A stretch of 64,000 nucleotides of DNA from assembly GCA_964472415.1 (NCBI GenBank), contig CAYYLC010000001.1, forward strand, positions 239,194-303,193, written 5' to 3'. Position 1 is the stretch's first letter. The number at the start of each line of letters is the position of its first letter. The notes beneath the pieces are model-generated. The model was given only the letters and a program-made list of their open reading frames with translations. It did not search any database and was not told where the DNA came from. The position numbers and the translations under genes are program-made. This document shows, piece after piece, positions 61,175 to 64,000 of the stretch. The stretch is from an uncultured Gammaproteobacteria bacterium. Lineage in GTDB: Bacteria; Patescibacteriota; Microgenomatia; Levybacterales; GWA1-39-11.

Positions 61175-62501
61175 CTTCAAAAACTGAAATGTACTAAAAC
61201 TTTGGTCCTTGTAATACCAATACACCAACACAAAATAACAGGAAATACATGGGTTAATATGCAAGATTTTGTAATTTACCTTGTAATTAGCAAGGGTAAT
61301 CAATACATGAATCAAGATTATATGGATTACATCTCTTCAATCGATTTACAGTCTTTACTTAAAAGTACTTTGTGATGAGATATTCGGTAGGCATAATTTT
61401 GTAACTAGTGTTATATGGCAAAAAATTCATAGTACTAAGAACGATGCAAAATATCTTTCTGTTAATCATGATTACATACTTATTTATGCAAAGAATATAG
61501 ACAAAATCAAAATTCCATTGCTTCCTAGAACAGAAAAAATGAATGCAAGATACAAAAATCCAGATAACGATCCACGTGGACCTTGGCAATCTGGGGATCT
61601 TGTAGCTAATGAAGAAAGAACAAATGGAAGATTTGAAATTATTGGTCCAACAGGAAAATCATTTAATGTACCAGCTGGTAAACATTGGGTATATACAAAA
61701 TCTAAATTACAAGAAATGATCAATGATGACAGAATATGGTTCGGTAAAAATGGTGATTCTTTTCCAAGAAAAAAGAGGTTCTTAACAGAAGTTCAACAGG
61801 GAAAAAAAGCAGATACATGGTGGATCAGCGAAGAAGTAGGACATAATCAAGAAGGTAAAAGAGAAGTATTGAAATTTAATCCTGATGATGTATTTGCTAC
61901 TCCAAAACCTGAGAGATTACTACATCGAATTATAACTTTAGCTACAAATGAAGGAGATATAGTATTAGACAGCTTTGCAGGCTCTGGTACAACTGGAGCT
62001 GTTGCACATAAGATGAATAGAAAATGGATAATGGTAGAACTTGGTAATCATGCAGAAACACACATTATCCCACGTATGAAAAAAGTTGTTGAAGGCAAAG
62101 ATGGTGGTGGAATTTCTAAACTTGTGGACTGGCAAGGTGGCGGTGGATTCAAGTATTTTGAATTAGGTGAAAGCCTCTTTGTCAAAGATGGTGATCTCAG
62201 ACTTACTGTTATCAATCCCAAAATGTATAACGGTGCTCTCATCAGAGCTATATTGAAATTAGAAGGCTTCAAAGTTGTAAACCCTGATAATGGTTTGCAT
62301 GGTAAGTCTGGAACAACTGTAGCTCATGTCACAGAGCAGTATGTAAGCCAAGAATATATTGATACCCTACTCAATGAGATAGGAGATCAGGCAAAGTTTG
62401 TTGTTATATATGCAAAAACTATCTCAAGTAATGTAAAATTGCCTGATAATGTAGAGATAAAGAGAATACCAGATATTCTCCTAAAGAAATTTACCGTATG
62501 A
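61175..62501 (+). pseudogene. Type III restriction-modification Mod (N6-adenine methyltransferase, beta class): the N-terminal region is degenerate and frameshifted, only the C-terminal about 330 aa remain as an intact ORF
   Basis: Intact part: FATPKPERLLHRII...DSFAGSGTTGAVAH (motif I FxGxG) from a TTG-start ORF at 61518-62501. Upstream, frame 0 reads LCDEIFGRHNFVTSVIWQK...HDYILIYAK, which is Mod-like but is preceded by a stop at 61308. A different frame reads ...NTGN..DFVIY..YISSID ending in a stop at 61373. The expected DPPY is degenerated to PIHQ, and no start codon is found. Confidence 0.55.
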
Positions 62502-64000
62502 GTAATAACAAAATTTTAGAAAAAATTACAAAAGAGTTGGATCTAAGAAAACCACAAGCTCAATCTCTAACAAAGCTAGATGCACTGATGTCTACTTTTA
62601 AGATTGGTGATGATCCGAAAGACATCGAGGCTAAGTTGATCGGTAGTCTTCAATTTGATACTGAGTTTCCATCATTTACATTTTCCCTTGCGACAGGTGT
62701 CGGGAAAACTAGACTGATGGGTGCGATGATTGCATATCTGTACTACACAAAAGGATTAAAGGACTTCTTTATTTTGACTCCTGGCGAAACAATCTACACA
62801 AAAACTATTGAAAACTTTACCAGTGGCACTAAAAAATATGTCCTACAAGGTCTAACAGACTTTCCTATGTTTAATGTTGTCACTGGTGAGAATTACACAT
62901 ATTCTGACTTTGGGAATAAACTTTTTGATGCTGTTAATGTCTATATCTTCAATATCCAGAAAATCTTTAATGAACGAAAAGATGTAGAGTTCCGATTTCA
63001 TAAGTATCAAGAAACACTTGGTTCTAGCTTTGCAGAGTTATTACAGAAGAAAGATCTTGTTATTTTGATGGATGAGAGTCATAGATATCGAGGAGAAAAA
63101 TCACTTCGGGCAATTAACCACTTATCACCTGAATTAGGTCTAGAATTTACTGCAACTCCTACCAGTAATAATGTTGTCCATAACTACTCACTTTCAGATG
63201 CTATTAAAGACGCTAGGCAAGCCCTAGAATCGCTTGAAAGTGGCGGCAGTGCAGAGAATGGGTATATTAAGATTCCTGGCGTTGTAGCTCGATCTGACAA
63301 CTTTGCATACGAAGGAGATATTGACCGCATAAAGTTAGAAGATGGAATACATCTACACAGACAGAAGAAAGCACTAATTGAAGAGTATATAAAGAATAAT
63401 AAGCTGAAAATGATCCTCCCTGTCACTTTAATTACAACCAAATCGATCCAACATGCAAATGAAGTAAAAGAGATGGTAACTAGTGATGACTTTTTTGATG
63501 GCTACTACAAAAATAAAACACTTGTTGTCACAAGCGAAAGTGAGGTTGATTCAATCAATCAGTTATTGCATTTAGAAGAGGCTCCACCTATCAACAAAAA
63601 TGAGATTGTTATTCACGTTGATAAGCTCAAAGAAGGATGGGATGTTCGAAATGTCTTTACAATTATTCCTTTTAGAGCCTCGATTAGTAAAACTCTTATT
63701 GAACAGACGATTGGTCGAGGCTTACGACTACCTTTCGGACAATTAACAGGAATTGAGATGTTAGATTCTCTAGATATTATTTCACATGATAATTATTCTC
63801 GTGTACTCTCTGTTGCTCATGAAGTTGCAGAAGGCATTTTAGTTAAGGAAGCAAAAACACGAGAAGAAATGAAGGTGGTTGAAATTAAACCTACTGATGA
63901 TAAAAAGCTAAGGGTAAGACTTCCAGCTGTAGAAACCAAAGTATATTCCTCAAACAATCTTGAATTCTTCCCTATCGCTATGAGAATGGATGAATTGAAA
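62498..64000 (+). CDS. Type III restriction enzyme Res subunit (SF2 helicase-like), 3' partial; it runs off the window and is not in the supplied ORF track
   Basis: ATG at 62498 overlaps the mod stop (ATGA). Hand translation is open for 501 codons to the window end, with Walker A ATGVGKTRLM and the DEAH box ILMDESHRY. Confidence 0.75.
   Translation, partial: MSNNKILEKITKELDLRKPQAQSLTKLDALMSTFKIGDDPKDIEAKLIGSLQFDTEFPSFTFSLATGVGKTRLMGAMIAYLYYTKGLKDFFILTPGETIYTKTIENFTSGTKKYVLQGLTDFPMFNVVTGENYTYSDFGNKLFDAVNVYIFNIQKIFNERKDVEFRFHKYQETLGSSFAELLQKKDLVILMDESHRYRGEKSLRAINHLSPELGLEFTATPTSNNVVHNYSLSDAIKDARQALESLESGGSAENGYIKIPGVVARSDNFAYEGDIDRIKLEDGIHLHRQKKALIEEYIKNNKLKMILPVTLITTKSIQHANEVKEMVTSDDFFDGYYKNKTLVVTSESEVDSINQLLHLEEAPPINKNEIVIHVDKLKEGWDVRNVFTIIPFRASISKTLIEQTIGRGLRLPFGQLTGIEMLDSLDIISHDNYSRVLSVAHEVAEGILVKEAKTREEMKVVEIKPTDDKKLRVRLPAVETKVYSSNNLEFFPIAMRMDELK

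Overview
This is a low-GC (about 37-38 %), very gene-dense bacterial chromosome segment. Its gene content looks like a small-genome Gram-positive-type or Candidate-Phyla-Radiation-like organism; that is inference. Content falls into five blocks.

(i) 1-9.6 kb is housekeeping: ftsZ (5' partial), a YgjP/DUF45 hydrolase, typA, ileS, a SEDS protein, rplU-rpmA, parB and lepB.

(ii) 9.9-16.4 kb is a surface-glycan locus of the Wzx/Wzy type: GT4, GT2, a Wzx flippase, a GT-C ArnT/PMT-like protein, GT2 and an O-antigen-ligase-like protein.

(iii) 16.4-35 kb is one 18.5-kb co-directional minus-strand run: polX, lemA, htpX, murT-gatD, gatCAB, dnaE, the F1Fo ATP synthase atpBEFHAGDC, and an Ig-like protein.

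(iv) 35-48 kb holds two tRNAs, a LysM protein, pyrG, rplS, yraN and ruvCAB. It also holds a P-type ATPase, greA, PBP1A and a fused ATP-grasp/retropepsin gene with a 7TM partner.

(v) 48.5-54 kb is a plus-strand island of secreted and membrane proteins. It has a 784-aa six-repeat protein, a small paralog of that protein's C-terminal domain, a signal-plus-C-terminal-anchor protein, and an adjacent dockerin/cohesin pair. It is followed by tRNA-Lys and tRNA-Glu.

A large serine recombinase overlaps the 3' end of tRNA-Glu and heads a mobile-element module. The window ends with a decayed Type III mod gene and an intact, 3'-partial Type III res helicase; res is absent from the ORF track but reads open from 62498 to the window end.

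The points most worth a second look are the fused ATP-grasp/retropepsin + 7TM cassette, the surface island with its cohesin-dockerin pair and a G8 tract inside the big repeat gene, the tRNA-Glu-associated integrative element, and widespread leaderless promoter geometry. No CRISPR array or rRNA was found.
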